64,000 nucleotides of DNA, taken from contig OZ336886.1 in the NCBI GenBank assembly GCA_965287045.1, positions 38,936,001 to 39,000,000 on the forward strand, written 5' to 3'. Of the stretch, positions 12,273 through 25,666 are shown piece by piece. Under the pieces are notes generated by a model that saw nothing but the letters and a program-made list of their open reading frames with translations, had not been told where the DNA came from and searched no databases. A program made the translations under genes and the position numbers. The DNA comes from Carcharhinus amblyrhynchos. Taxonomy: Eukaryota. Position 1 is the stretch's first letter. Each line of letters opens with the position of its first letter.

Positions 12273-13458
12273 CAACTACAAGGGAAATTCAGGGAACAGC
12301 ACCAACCCTTGTGTATGACATTCTTTCATCTTGCAAGAGCCGTCAACATTGTCAATCCTGAGGGATTATGGAGCACACTCCATTTCAGCTGCCCCAAATG
12401 TTTGTCACATTTCTCCAGCTGCTCCACAATGACATGCAAGCCTTGATCCTGACCAATGGATCCACCACAGATCAAGTTCGCTTTGGAAATGTGGTCGTGA
12501 AATTCTGTATCATCACACCAACGCTCTTCTCAATTTTGCTTCATGCACACTCTGATCTGACACTCAGCAACCTGCCACTGGATTAGAGCTAAATTACAGA
12601 ACAAACGACAATCTATTCAGTGATCCATACATGCAGGCCTGATCCAAAGTCGTCCTATCCTCCTGTCAGTCAACTACGTATAGCAAAGAATGATCGCGAC
12701 TGCGCAAAATTGGAGGCCACGCTCCAAACCATGGTCAACACCTTTTCCAAAATGTACGAGAGATGTACATAAATATGCTGTCGCCTGAGGAAGTGTTTGA
12801 AGATCAGGAACTCAGTCAAATAACAGGGCTCATGGTGCAGTAGTGTTACTGCCCATCTCTCTGGCTCAAATGTTGATTATGTACAGCAGGCACCTCAAAA
12901 CCCTGGAGAAGTAGCACCAGTGCTGCCTCTGGATGATCCTGAAAATCCATTGATAACATAAACACACACCAACGCTCTTCTCAATTTTGCCACTGGACAA
13001 TGGTCGCATTCAAGCCAATATCCCAGCATTGAAGCATTGACCATGCTGGGTCAACTCTGCTGGGCACACCATATGGCCAAATGTCTGACATGAGACACCC
13101 AAAGCAAATGCTGTGCTTGAAGCTTCGATATTGCAAGCAAGTCCCATCGGAGCAGGAAAAATGCATCAATAACACCCTGAGAACGTCCTCAAAACTTCGA
13201 ACAACCCCACTGATAGCAGGGAATCCCTTGCGCAAGACCATTTAAAATGGATGAAAAGCATTGAAAAGGAGCTGAGCACCTTGATCTTCATCGCCAAGAG
13301 CAAGCGGAAGTCGAGGAGTGTCAGGAAAGGAGTGCATAGTGATCCACTCACTCAACCACTCCTCGATTCCATATCTGCCCCCTGTGATAGAAATTGTAGG
13401 CTATCATTCGACTGTTCTGCCCGCCATCTGTGAAACTATTTTGAGTGTTGTAGTCAGT
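12273..13458 (+). mobile_element. RTE LINE fragment, variant B (copy 6)
   Basis: Near-identical to copy 2 at +9018. Confidence 0.9.
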
Positions 13459-14490
13459 GTGGAGAAACACAGGGAGTGTTGCATGCCCAGAGTGAAGAGG
13501 GCAGGAGACAGGTGGCAAACCCAGTATGAAGTAACACTGAATGAGGACGGAGATCCTAATGAGCAGCAGCAGCTGAGGAGACTGTCTAACTAAGTATTGA
13601 GTGGAGTGGGGCGTTTATTGGTGAACTTGTATAATGCAACATATGACCAGAGAACTGATCCTAGAGTACAAGAGTGTTTTAGTAAGGAGATGAATGGTGA
13701 TCCCAGGGTAGAACAGCATGAGAGGATGGCAGGAAATGCAGTGTGGAGCAGTTTGAGAGGGGAGTGCTGAACCCAGTCTGGAGCAGTATGAGAGGAGAGA
13801 GTTGAATCCAGCGTTGAGCAGCAAGGTTGGCGAACCAAGTGTAGAACAATGTGTTATCAGGAGAGTGAAAGAAGTGTGGAGCAAAGCATCAGCAATCCGG
13901 TATGAAGCATCGCAGGAGCAGAGCGGTGGAGCCAGTACGGCGTGACAGGGGAGAAGATCTGCAAACTCTTGATAATGTGATGTAGGATATAAACGACCAG
14001 CCTATTTTCGAGTGGTGAAGCAGGACAGCAATGAACCCAGTGCGAGCTGATAGGAGAAGAGCAATGAAACCTGTGCAGAGCAATGTGAGAAGAGTACTAT
14101 GAGTTGAAAATGGTGCAGCACAGGAGAAGAGGAATAGTCTGGAGCAATGGAAGAAGAGAGAAGTGAACACAGTGATCGTGGGAGAAGAGTGAAGAAATCA
14201 GTGAGGCCCAGCACAGGCAGAGTGTAGTGAACCCAGTCGAGCAATGCGCAGGGATGTCAAACCCAGTGTAGAGCGCCACGGGAGAAGAGCGAAGATCTCA
14301 GTTTAGAAGAATGTGGGAGGAGGTAGTGGGACAATCCCAGTGTGGAGCAGCTGTGAGACGAGCGGTGGAACCCTTTGAGTAGTACAGGAGCAGAGGGCTG
14401 ATCCCAGCGTGGAGCCATTTGGATGCATGACGATGAACCAAGTGTTGAGCAGTTCAGCAGAAAACCTGAGTTGGAGAAGCATGGGACGAG

Positions 14491-15776
14491 CAACTACAAG
14501 AGAAATGCATGGAAAGCATCGACAATTTTACATGATCTTCTTTGATCTCGGAAGAGTCTTCAACGTTGTCTGTGCTGAGATATTATGGGGAAGTATTTTC
14601 TGTGTTGGCTGCCCCAGTGGTCACCATTCTCCACCTGCTTCACAACGACACGTAGGCCGTGAAACTGACCAACGGATCCTCCACAAATCCAACTTATACC
14701 AATACTGTTCTCAATCTTGCTTCCAACATTGCACCATCTCACCCCCTGAAAGCTGCCAGTGAAATAGAGCTACATTACAGAACAAATAAGCATCTGTTCA
14801 GCATCCAATAGGTGCAGGCCGGATCCAGGGTCATCCCATCTTCTCATGCAACTGTATTTGGAAACGATGATTGTGCTTGCGCATTGGAGGCCAAGCTCCG
14901 AACCATGGTCAACACTTTCACCAAGATGTATGAGAGCGTGGGCCTTTCACTAAATATCCATAAGACAATGGTCCTCTTCCAACCTCCCTCATCATACAGA
15001 ACTGATGCCACCAAAACCTGTCATCAAAATCAACAACATGTTCTTGGAAAATGTGGACAACGTTCCATAACGTGACAAGTCACAATGGCAGACAGCAACA
15101 AACTTCAACACTGTCTTCAGTGTGCCAACACAGCCTTCTGTCACCTGAGGGTGTGTTTGAAGATCAGGAACTCAGACAAGCACAAAGCTCATGGTCTACA
15201 GGGTCCTCGTGTTACAACCCTCTATATGGCTCAGAGACCTGGTCTCTGTACAGCAGGCACCTCAAACCTGGAGAAATCCCTCCAGTGCTGCCACTGCAAG
15301 ATCCTGCAAATCCATTGGCTGCAAAGGTACACAACGTCAGTGGTATCGCTCAGATCAATCTCCTGAGCATCGAAGCACTGGCCAGGCTGAGTCAGCTCTG
15401 CTGGGCTGGCCACATCACCACGTCAGACAGGAGTCTCCCAAAGCAATTGCTGTACTCAGAGCTTTGATACCTCAAGCCCCAGGAGGGCAGAGAAAATGCA
15501 TCAAGAACATCCTGAAAACTTCTTTAGAATTTACAACACTGTCACTGACCCCAAGGAATCCCATGCTCAAGACTGCTTGAAGTGGATGAAAAGCATCTGA
15601 GGAGGAGCTGAAAACCTTGATCTTCTTCACTGAGAGCAAGCGGAAGCCAAGCTTCATCAGGAGAAGGAGCACGGAGCAACCCACGCACTCAGCAGGTACC
15701 CCTCCATAATAGAGATCGTAGGCTGTCATTAGACTGCTCCATCAACTGTGAATTTATTTTAAGTGTTGTTGCAAGT
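14491..15776 (+). mobile_element. RTE LINE fragment, variant A (copy 7)
   Basis: Near-identical to copy 3 at +9018. Confidence 0.9.
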
Positions 15777-16779
15777 GTGGAGAAGTGCAGGTGGAGTGTG
15801 GCATTGCCCAGTGTGGAGCAGTGTGGAAGGGTGGCAAACCTTGTGTGTCTTAGTGTGGGATGAGGACGGTGATCGTAATGAAGAGCAGTGAGCTCAACTG
15901 AGTGTTGATCAGAGTTGTGGGGGTCTGGTTACTGGCAAACTTGTATCACGCAACGTGTGTCCAGACAGCCGATCTCAGTGTACAATGGTGATTTTGTAAG
16001 AGGTGAGTGATGAACCCAGGGTAGAATACCATAAAAGGATAGCAGCTCAAGAGAAGAAGGAGGAAACCAGTATGCAGCAGAGCATGAGGACAGCAGTCAA
16101 CCTCTTGTGGAGCAGCAGAAGAGGAGAGAGATGAATCCAGTGTGAAGCAGCAAGATTGGAAAACCAAGTGTAGAACAATGTGTTAAGAGGATGGCAAAAG
16201 CAGTCTGGAGCAGGTTGGGTGGAATCAGCAGTCCAATATGAAACATTGCAGGAGCGGTGAACCTATTATGCCAATGTGGAACATAAATGATGAGCCCAGT
16301 TTAGAGTGGTGCCCTAGAAGAGCAATGCATCCAGTGTGAGCAGCATGGGAGAAGAACATGACACCAGTGTACAGCAATGTGAGAAGGGTACAGCAAATTG
16401 AATATTCTGCCACGCAGCTAGCGCGTGATAAATCCAGTCTGGGGCAGCGAAGAAGGAGAGAGGTGAACACAATATGGATCATTGTGGGAGAAGAGTGAAG
16501 ACTCCAGTGTGGACCAGTCCAGGCAGAGTGCAGTGAACCCAGAGGAGTAGTGCACATGGGTGGAGAACCCACTATGGAACAGTGTCGGATGTGAGCAGAG
16601 GTCCCGTTTTGAAGGAAGTAGGAGGAGGAGGAATGGTGATCCCAATGTGGAGCAGTATGTGAGCTGAGTAACGATCCCAGTGAGGGGGCATGTGGATGCA
16701 TGACAACGAACCCAGTGTTGAGCAGCACAGCAGCAAGCCCAGGATGCAGCTGTCAGGGAGGAGCAACTAAACCGAGCAG

Positions 16780-17970
16780 CAACTACAAGGGAAATTCAGG
16801 GAACAGCACCAACCCTTGTGTATGACATTCTTTAATCTTGCAAGAGCCGTCAACATTGTCAATCCTGAGGGATTATGGAGCACACTCCATTTCAGCTGCC
16901 CCAAATATTTGTCACATTTCTCCAGCTGCTCCATAATGACATGCAAGCCTTGATTCTGACCAATGGATCCACCACAGATCAAATTCGCTTTGGAAATGTG
17001 GTCGTGAAATTCTGCATCATCACACCAACGCTCTTCTCAATTTTGCTTCATGCACTCTCTCATCTCACACTCTGCAACCTGCCACTGATTTATTGCTAAA
17101 ATACAGAACAAACGACAATCTATTCAGTGACGCACACATGCAGGCCTGATCCAAAGTCGTCCTATCCTCCTGTCAGTCAACTTCGTATAGCAAATAATGA
17201 TCACGACTGCGCAAAATTGGAGGCCAAGTTCCAAACCATGGTCAACACCTTTTCCAAAATGTATGAGAGATGTACATAAATATGCTGTCGCCTGAGGAAG
17301 TGTTTGAAGATCAGGAACTCAGTCAAATACCAGGGCTCATGGTCCACAGTGCAGTAGTGTTACTGCCCATCTGTATGGCTCAGAAATGTTGATTTTGTAC
17401 AGCAGGCACCTCAAAGCCCTGGAGAAGTCGCACCAGTGCTGCCTCTGGATGATCCTGAAAATCCATTGATAGCATAAACACACATCAACGCTCTTCTCAA
17501 TTTTGCCACTGGACAATGGTCTCACTCAGGCCAATATCCCAGCACTGAAGCATTGACCATGCTGAGTCAACTCTGCTGGGCATGCCATATCGCCAAATGT
17601 CTGACACGAGATACCCAAAGCATATGCTGCGCTTGGAGCGTCGATATTGCGAGCAAGTCCCATAGGAGCAGGAAGAATGCATCAATAACACCCTGAAAAC
17701 GTCCTCAAAAGTTCGAACAACCCCACTGATAACAGGGAATCCCTTGCACAAGACCATTTAAAATGGATGAAAAGCATTGAAAAGGAGTTGAACACCTTGA
17801 TCTTCATTGCCAAGAGCAAGCGGAAGTCGAGCGGTGTCAGGAAAGGAGTGCATTGTGATCCACTCACTCACCCAATCCTCTATTCCATATCTGCCCCCCG
17901 TGATAGAAATTGTAGGCTATCGTTCGACTGTTCCGCCATCTGTGAAATTATTTTGAGTGTTGTAGTAAGT
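16780..17970 (+). mobile_element. RTE LINE fragment, variant B (copy 8)
   Basis: B diagnostics present; closest to copies 18 and 29. Confidence 0.9.
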
Positions 17971-18997
17971 GTGGAGAAGCACGGGGAGTGTTGCATACCC
18001 AGTGTGAAGAGGGCAGGAGACAGGTGGCAAACCCAGTATGAAGTAACACGGAATGAGGACGGAGATCCTAATGAGGAGCAGCGGCTGAGGAGAGTGTTTA
18101 ACTAAGTATTGAGTGGATGGGGCTTTTATTGGTGAACTTGTATAATGCAACAGTGGACCCCAGAACTGATCCTAGAGTACAAGAGTGTTTTAGTAAGGAG
18201 ATGAATAGTGATCCCAGGGTAGAACAGCATGAGAGGATGGCAGGAAATGCAGTGTGGAGCAGTTTGAGAGGGGAGTGCTGAACCCAGTCTGGAGCAGTAT
18301 GAGAGGAGAGAGTTGAATCCAGCGTTGAGCAGCAAAGTTGGCTAACCAAGTGTAGAACAATGTGTTATCAGAAAAGTGAAAGAAGTATGGAGCAAGGCAT
18401 CAGCAATCCGGTAGAAGCATCGCAGGAGCAGAGCGGTGGAGCCAGTACGACGTGACAGGGGAGAAGATCTGCAACTCTTTCTAATGTGATGTCAGATATA
18501 AACGACCAGCCTATTTTCGACTGGTGAAGCAGGACAGCAATGAACCCAGTGTGAGCAGATAGGAAAAGAGCAATGAAAGCAGTGCGGAGCAATGTGAGTA
18601 GAGCACTGTGAGTTGAATATGGTGCAGCACAGGAGAAGAGGAATAGTCTGGAATAATGGAAGAAGAGAGAAGCGAACACAGTGATCGTAGAAGAGCGAAG
18701 AAACCAGTGTGGCCCAGTGCAGGCAGAGTGCAGAAAACCCAGTCGAGCAGTGCGCAGGGATGTCAAGCCCAATGTGGAGCACCGCGGGAGGAGAGTGAAG
18801 ATCTCAGTTGAGAAGAATGTGGGAGGTGTTGGTGGGGCAATCCCAGTGTGGAGCAGCGTGTGAGGAGAGTGGCGGAACCCATTGAGTAGCACAGGAGCAG
18901 AGGGCTGAACGGAGTATGGAGCCATTTGGATGCATGACGATGAACCTAGTGTTGAGCAGTTCAGCAGGAAACCTGAGTTGGAGAAGCATGGGATGAG

Positions 18998-20147
18998 CAA
19001 CTACAAGTGAAATGCAGGGAAAGCATCAACAACTTTACATGACCTTCTTTGATCTCAGAAGAGCCTTCAACATTGTGTATGCTGAGAGATTATGGGAAAC
19101 TATCCCCTGTTGGCTGCCCCAATGATCACCATTCTCCACCTGCTTCACAATGACACGTAGGCCATGATCCTGACCAACGGATTCATCACAGATCCAATTC
19201 ATTTTGGAAATGTAGTCATGAAATTCTGCATCATCACACCAAGGCTCTTCTCAATTTTGCTTCGTGCAATGCTCTACCTCAAACTTAGAGCTAAATTACA
19301 GAACATACGACAATCTATTCAGCTATCGTAACGTGCAGGCCTGATCGAAAGTCGTCATATGCTCCTGTCAGTCAACTACGTATAGCAAATGATGATCGTG
19401 ACTGTACAAAATTGGAGGCCATCTCCCAAACCATGGTCAACACCTTCTTGAAGATGTACGAGACCATGAACCTTACATTAAATATTCTGTCACCTGAGGA
19501 AGTGTTTGAAGATCAGGAACTCAGTCCCAGAACTGGGCTTATGGTTCACAGTGCAGTAGTGTTACTGCCCATCTATACGGCTGAGAGGTGTTGATTATGT
19601 ACAGCAGGCACCTCAAAACCCTGGAGAAGTAGCACCAGCGCTGCCTCTGGATGATCCTGAAAATCCATTGGCAGCATAAACACATAATGTGAGTAGTCTC
19701 ATTCAAGCCAATATCCCAGCGTTGAAGCATTGACCATGCTGAGTCAACTCTGCTGGGCAGGCCAAACTGCCACATATCTGACACGAGTTACCCATAGCAA
19801 ACGTTGTGTTTGGAGCTTTGATACTACAAGCAAGTCCCATTGGAGCAGGAATAATGCATCAGGAACACCCTGAAAATGTCATCAAAACTTCCAACAACCC
19901 CACTGATAGCAGAGAATCCCTTGCACAAGACCACTTAAAGTGGATGAAAGCACTGAAAAGGAGCTGAACACATTGATCTTCATCGCCGAGAACAAGCGGA
20001 TATCGAGCAGTGTTTGGGAAAGGAGTGCATAGTGATCCCCTCAGTCACCCATTCCTCTTTTCCATATCTGTCCGCCATGATAGAGATTATCGGCTGTCAT
20101 TAGACTGTTCCGCGATCTGTGAAATTATTTTGAGTGTTGTAGTAAGT
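18998..20147 (+). mobile_element. RTE LINE fragment, variant C (copy 9)
   Basis: A-like 5' ~200 bp and B-like remainder, with the aaatat|tctgtcacc deletion junction and an additional ~18-bp deletion. Confidence 0.88.
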
Positions 20148-21178
20148 GTGGAGAAGCACGGGGAGTGTTGCATGCCCAGTGTGAAGAGGACAGGAGACAG
20201 GTGGCAAACCCAGTATGAAGTAACACGGAATGAGGACGGTGATCCTAATGAGGAGCAGGAGGAGAGGAGAGTGTTTAACTGAGTGTTGAGTGGAGTGGGG
20301 CGTTTATCGGTGAACTTGTATAATGCAACACAGGACCAGAGAACTGATCCTAGAGTACAACAGTGTTTTAGTAAGGAGATGAATAGTGATCCCAGGGTAG
20401 AACAGCATGAAAGGATGGCAGCAGATGCAGTGTGGACAGTTTGAGAGGGGAGTGCTGAATCCAGTCTGGAGCAGTATGAGAGGAGAGAGTTGAATCCAGT
20501 GTTGAGCAGCGAGGTTGGCGAACCGAGTGTAGAACAATGTGTTATCAGGAAAGTGAAAGAAGTGTGGAGCAAAGCATCAGCAATCTGGTATGAAGCATCG
20601 CAGGAACAGAGCGGTGGAGCCAGTGCGCCGTGACAGGAGAGAAGATCTGCAAACTCTTTATAATGCGATGGAGGATATAAACGACCAGCCTATTTTTGAG
20701 TAGTGAAGCAGGACAGCAATGAACCCAGTGCGAGCTGATAGGAGAAGAGCAATGAAACCAGTGCAGAGCAATGTGAGAAGAGTACTGTGAGTTGAATATG
20801 GTGCAGCACAGGAGAAGAGGAATAGTCTGGAGCAATGGAAGAAGAGACAAGTGAACACAGTGATCATGGGAGATGAGTGAAGAAACCAGTAAGGCCCAGC
20901 GCAGGCAGAGTGTAGTGAGCGCAGTCGAGCAATGCGCAGAGATGTCAAAGCCAGTGTAGAGCACTGCGGGAGGAGAGCGAAGATCTCAGTTTAGAAGAAT
21001 GTGCGATGAGGTGGTGGGGCAATCCCAGTGTGGAGCAGCTGTGAGACGAGCGGTGGAACCCATTGAGTAGCACAGGTGCAGAGGGCTGATCCCAGTGTGG
21101 AGCCATTTGGATGCATGACGATGAACCCAGAGTTGTGCAGTTCAGCAGGAAACCTGAGGGGGAGAAGCATGGGACGAG

Positions 21179-22467
21179 CAACTACAAGAGAAATGCATGG
21201 AAAGCATCAACAATTTTACATGATCTACTTTGATCTCGGAAGAGTCTTCAACGTTGTCTATGCTGAGATATTATGGGGAAGTATCCTCTGAGTTGGCTGC
21301 CCCAGTGGTCACCATTCTCCACCTGCTTCACAACGACACATAGGCCGTGAAACTGACCAACGGATCCTCCACAAATCCAACTTATACCAATACTGTTCTC
21401 AATCTTGCTTCCAACATTGCACCATCTCACCCCCTGAAAGCTGCCAGTGAAATAGAGCTAAATTACAGAACAAATAAGCATCTGTTCAGCATCCAATAGG
21501 TGCAGGCCGGATCCAGGGTCGTCCCATCTTGTCATGGAACTGTATTTGGAAACGAGGATTGTGCTTGTGCACAATTGGAGGCCAAGCTCCGAACCATGGT
21601 CAACACTTTCACCAAGATGTATGAGATCGTGGGCCTTTCACTAAATATCCAGAAGACAATGGTCCTCTTCCAACCTCCCTCACCGTACAGAACTGATGCC
21701 ACCAAAACCTGTCATCAAAATCAACAACATCTTCTTGGAAAATGTGGACTACGTTCCATAACGTGACAAGTCACAATGGCAGACAACAACAAGCTTCAAC
21801 ACTGTCTTCAGTGTGCCAACGCAGCCTTCTGTCACCTGAGGGTGTGTTTGAAGATCAGGAACTCAGACAAGCACAAAGCTCATGGTCTACAGGGTCCTCG
21901 TGTTACAACCCTCTATATGGCTCAGAGACCTGGACTCTGTACAGCAGGCACCTCAAACCTGGAGAAATCCCTCCAGTGCTGCCACTGCAAGATCCTGCAA
22001 ATCCATTGGCTACAAAGGCACACAACGTCAGTGGTATCGCTCAGATCAATCTCCTGAGCATCGAAGCACTGACCAGGCTGAGTCAGCTCTGCTGGGCTGG
22101 CCACATCATCACGTCAGGCAGGAGTCTCCCAAAGCAATTTCTGTACTCAGAGCTTTGATACCTCAAGCCCCAGGAGGGTAGAGAAAATGCATCAAGAACA
22201 TCCTGAAAACTTCTTTAGAATTTACATCACTGCCACTGACCCCAAGGAATCCCATGCTCAAGACTGCTTGAAGTGGATGAAAAGCATCTGAGGAGGAGCT
22301 GAACACCTTGATCTTCTTCACTGAGAGCAAGCGGAAGCCAAGCTTCATCAGGAGAAGGAGCACGGAGCAACCCACGCACTCAGCAGGTACCCCTCCATAA
22401 TAGAGATCGTAGGCTGTCATTAGACTGCTCCATCAACTGTGAATTTATTTTAAGTGTTGTTGCAAGT
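21179..22467 (+). mobile_element. RTE LINE fragment, variant A (copy 10)
   Basis: Collinear with copy 3. Confidence 0.9.
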
Positions 22468-23469
22468 GTGGAGAAGCGCAGGTGGAGTGTGGCATTGCCC
22501 AGTGTGGAGCAGTGTGGAAGGGTGGCAAACTTTGTATGTCTTAGTGTGGGATGAGGATGGTGATCCAAATGAAGAGCAGTGAGCTCAACTGAGTGTTGAT
22601 CAGAGTTGTGGGGGGCTGGTTAGTGGCAAACTTGTATCACGCAACGTGTGTCCAGACAGCCGATCTCAGTGTACAATGGTGATTTTGTAAGGAGGTGAGT
22701 GATGAACCCAGGGTAGAATACCATAAGAGGGTAGCGGCACAAGAGGAGAAGGAGGAAACCAGTATGCAGCAAAGCACGAGGACAGCAGTCAACCTCTTGT
22801 GGAGCAGCAGAAGAGGAGAGAGATGAATCCAGTGTGAAGCAGCAAGATTGGCAAACCAAGTGGAGAACAATGTGTTATCAGGAAGGCAAAAGCAGTCTGG
22901 AGCAGGTTGGGTGGAATCAGCAGTCCAATATGAAACATTGCAGGAGCGGTGAACCTTGGATGCCAATGTGGAACATAAATGATGAGCCCAGTTTTGAGTG
23001 GTGCCCTAGAAGAGCAATGGATCCAGTGTGAGTAGAATGGGAGAAGAACATGAAACCAGTGTACAGCAGTGTGAGAAGAGTACAGCAAATCGAATATTGT
23101 GCCGCGCAGCTAGCGCATGATAAATCCAGTCTGGGGCAGCGAAGCAGAAGAGAGGAGAACACAGTATGGATCATTGTGGGAGAAGAGTGAAGACTCCAGT
23201 GTGGACCAGTCCAGGCAGAGTGCAGTGAACCCAGAGGAGTAGTGCACATGGATGGAGAACCCACTCTGGAACAGTATCGGATGTGATAGAGGTCCCGTTT
23301 GGAAGGAAGTAGGAGAAGGAGAAATATTGATCCCAATGTGGAGCAGTATGTGAGGTGAGTAACGATCCCAGTGAGGGGGCATGTGGATGCACGACAACAA
23401 AACCCGTGTTGAGCAGCACTGCAGCAAGTCCAGGATGCAGCTGTGAGGGAGGACAAATAAACCGAGCAG

Positions 23470-24664
23470 CAACGACAAGGCAAATTCAGGGAACCGCACC
23501 AACCCTCGTGTATGACATTCTTTAATTGTGCAAGAGCCGTCAACATTGTCAATCCTGAGGGATTATGGCGCACACTCCATCTCAGCTGCCCCAAATGTTT
23601 GTCACATTTCTCCAGCTGCTCCACAATGACATGCAAGCCTTGATCCTGACCAATGGATCCACCACAGATCAAGTTCACTTTGGAAATGTGGTCATGAAAT
23701 TCTGCATCATCACACCAACGCTCTTCTCAATTTTGCTTCATGCACTCTCTGATCTCGCACTCAGCAACCTGCCACTGGATTAGAGCTAAATTACAGAACA
23801 AACGACAATCTATTCATTGATCCATACATGCAGGCCTGATCCAAAGTCGTCCTATCCTCCTGTCAGTCAACTACGTATAGCAAAGAATGATCGCGACTGC
23901 GCAAAATTGGAGGCCACGCTCCAAACCATGGTCAACACCTTTTCCAAAATGTACGGGAGATGTACATAAATATGCTGTCGCCTGAGGAAGTGTTTGAAGA
24001 TCAGGAACTCAGTCAAATAACAGGGCTCATGGTCTACAGTGCAGTAGTGTTACTGCCCATCTCTATGGCACAAATGTTGATTGTGTACAGCAGGCACCTC
24101 AAAACCCTGGAGAAGTAGCACCAGTGCTGCCTCTGGATGATCCTTAAAATCCATTGATAGCATAAACACACACCAACACTCTTCTCAATTTTGCCACTGG
24201 ACAATGGTCGCATTCAAGCCAATATCCCAGCATTGAAGCATTGACCGTGCTGAGTCAACTCTGCTGGGCACGCCATGTCGCCAAATGTCTGACACGAGAC
24301 ACCCAGAGCAAATGCTGTGCTTGAAGCTTCGATATTGCAAGCAAGTCCCATTGGAGCAGGAAAAATGCATCAATAACACCCTGAGAACGTCCTCAAAACT
24401 TAGAACAACCCCACTGATAGCAGGGAATCCCTTGCGCAAGACCATTTAAAATGGATGAAAAGCACTGAAAAAAGGAGCTGAGCACCTTGATCTTCATTGC
24501 CAAGAGCAAGCGGAAATCGAGTAGTGTCAGGAAAGGAGTGCATACTGATCCACTCACTCAACCACTCCTCGATTCCATATCTGCCCCCCGTGATGGAAAT
24601 TGTAGGCTATCATTCGACTGTTCTGCCCGCCATCTGTGAAACTATTTTGAGTGTTGTAGTCAGT
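23470..24664 (+). mobile_element. RTE LINE fragment, variant B (copy 11)
   Basis: B diagnostics present. Confidence 0.9.
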
Positions 24665-25666
24665 GTGGAGAAGCACAGGGAGTGTTGCATGCCCAGAGTG
24701 AAGAGGGCAGGAGACAGGTGGCAAACCCAGTATGAAGTAACACTGAATGAGGACGGAGATCCTAATGAGCAGCAGCAGTTGAGGAGACTGTCTAACTAAG
24801 TATTGAGTGGAGTGGGGCGTTTATTGGTGAACTTGTATAATGCAACATATGACCAGAGAACTGATCCTAGAGTACAAGAGTGTTTTAGTAAGGAGATGAA
24901 TAGTGATCCCAGGGTAGAACAGCATGAGAGGATGGCAGGAAATGCAGTGTGGAGCAGTTTGAGAGGGGAGTGCTGAACCCAGTCTGGAGCAGTATGAGAG
25001 GAGACAGTTGAATCCAGCATTGAGCAGCAAGGTTGGCGAACCAAGTGTAGAACAATGTGTTATCAGGAGAGTGAAAGAAGTGTGGAGCAAAGCATCAGCA
25101 ATCCGGTATGAAGCATCGCAGGAGCAGAGCGGTGGAGCCAGTACGGCGTGACAGGGGAGAAGATCTGCAACTCTTTCTAATGTGATGTCGGATATAAACG
25201 ACCAGCCTATTTTCGAGTGGTGAAGCAGGACGGCAATGAACCCAGTGCGAGCAGATTGGAGAAGAGCAATGAAACCAGTGCAGAGCAATGTGAGAAGAGC
25301 ACTGTGAGTTGAATATGGTGCAGCACAGGAGAAGAGGAATAGTCTGGAGTAATGGAAGAAGACAGAAGCGAACACAGTTATCGTAGAAGAGCAAAGAAAC
25401 CCATGTGGCCCAGTGCAGGCAGAGTGCAGTAAACCCAGTGTGGAGCACCACGGGAGGAGAGGGAAGATCTCAGTTGAGAAGAATATGGGAGGAGGTGGTG
25501 GGGCAATCCCAGTGTGGAGCAGCATGTGAGGAGAGCGGTGGAACCCACTGAGTCGCACAGGAGCAGTGGGCTGAACGCAGTGTGGAGCCATTTGGATGCA
25601 TGTCCATGAACCCAGGTCAGCTGAGCAGTTCAGCAGGACACCTGGGTTGGAGAAGCATGGGACGAG

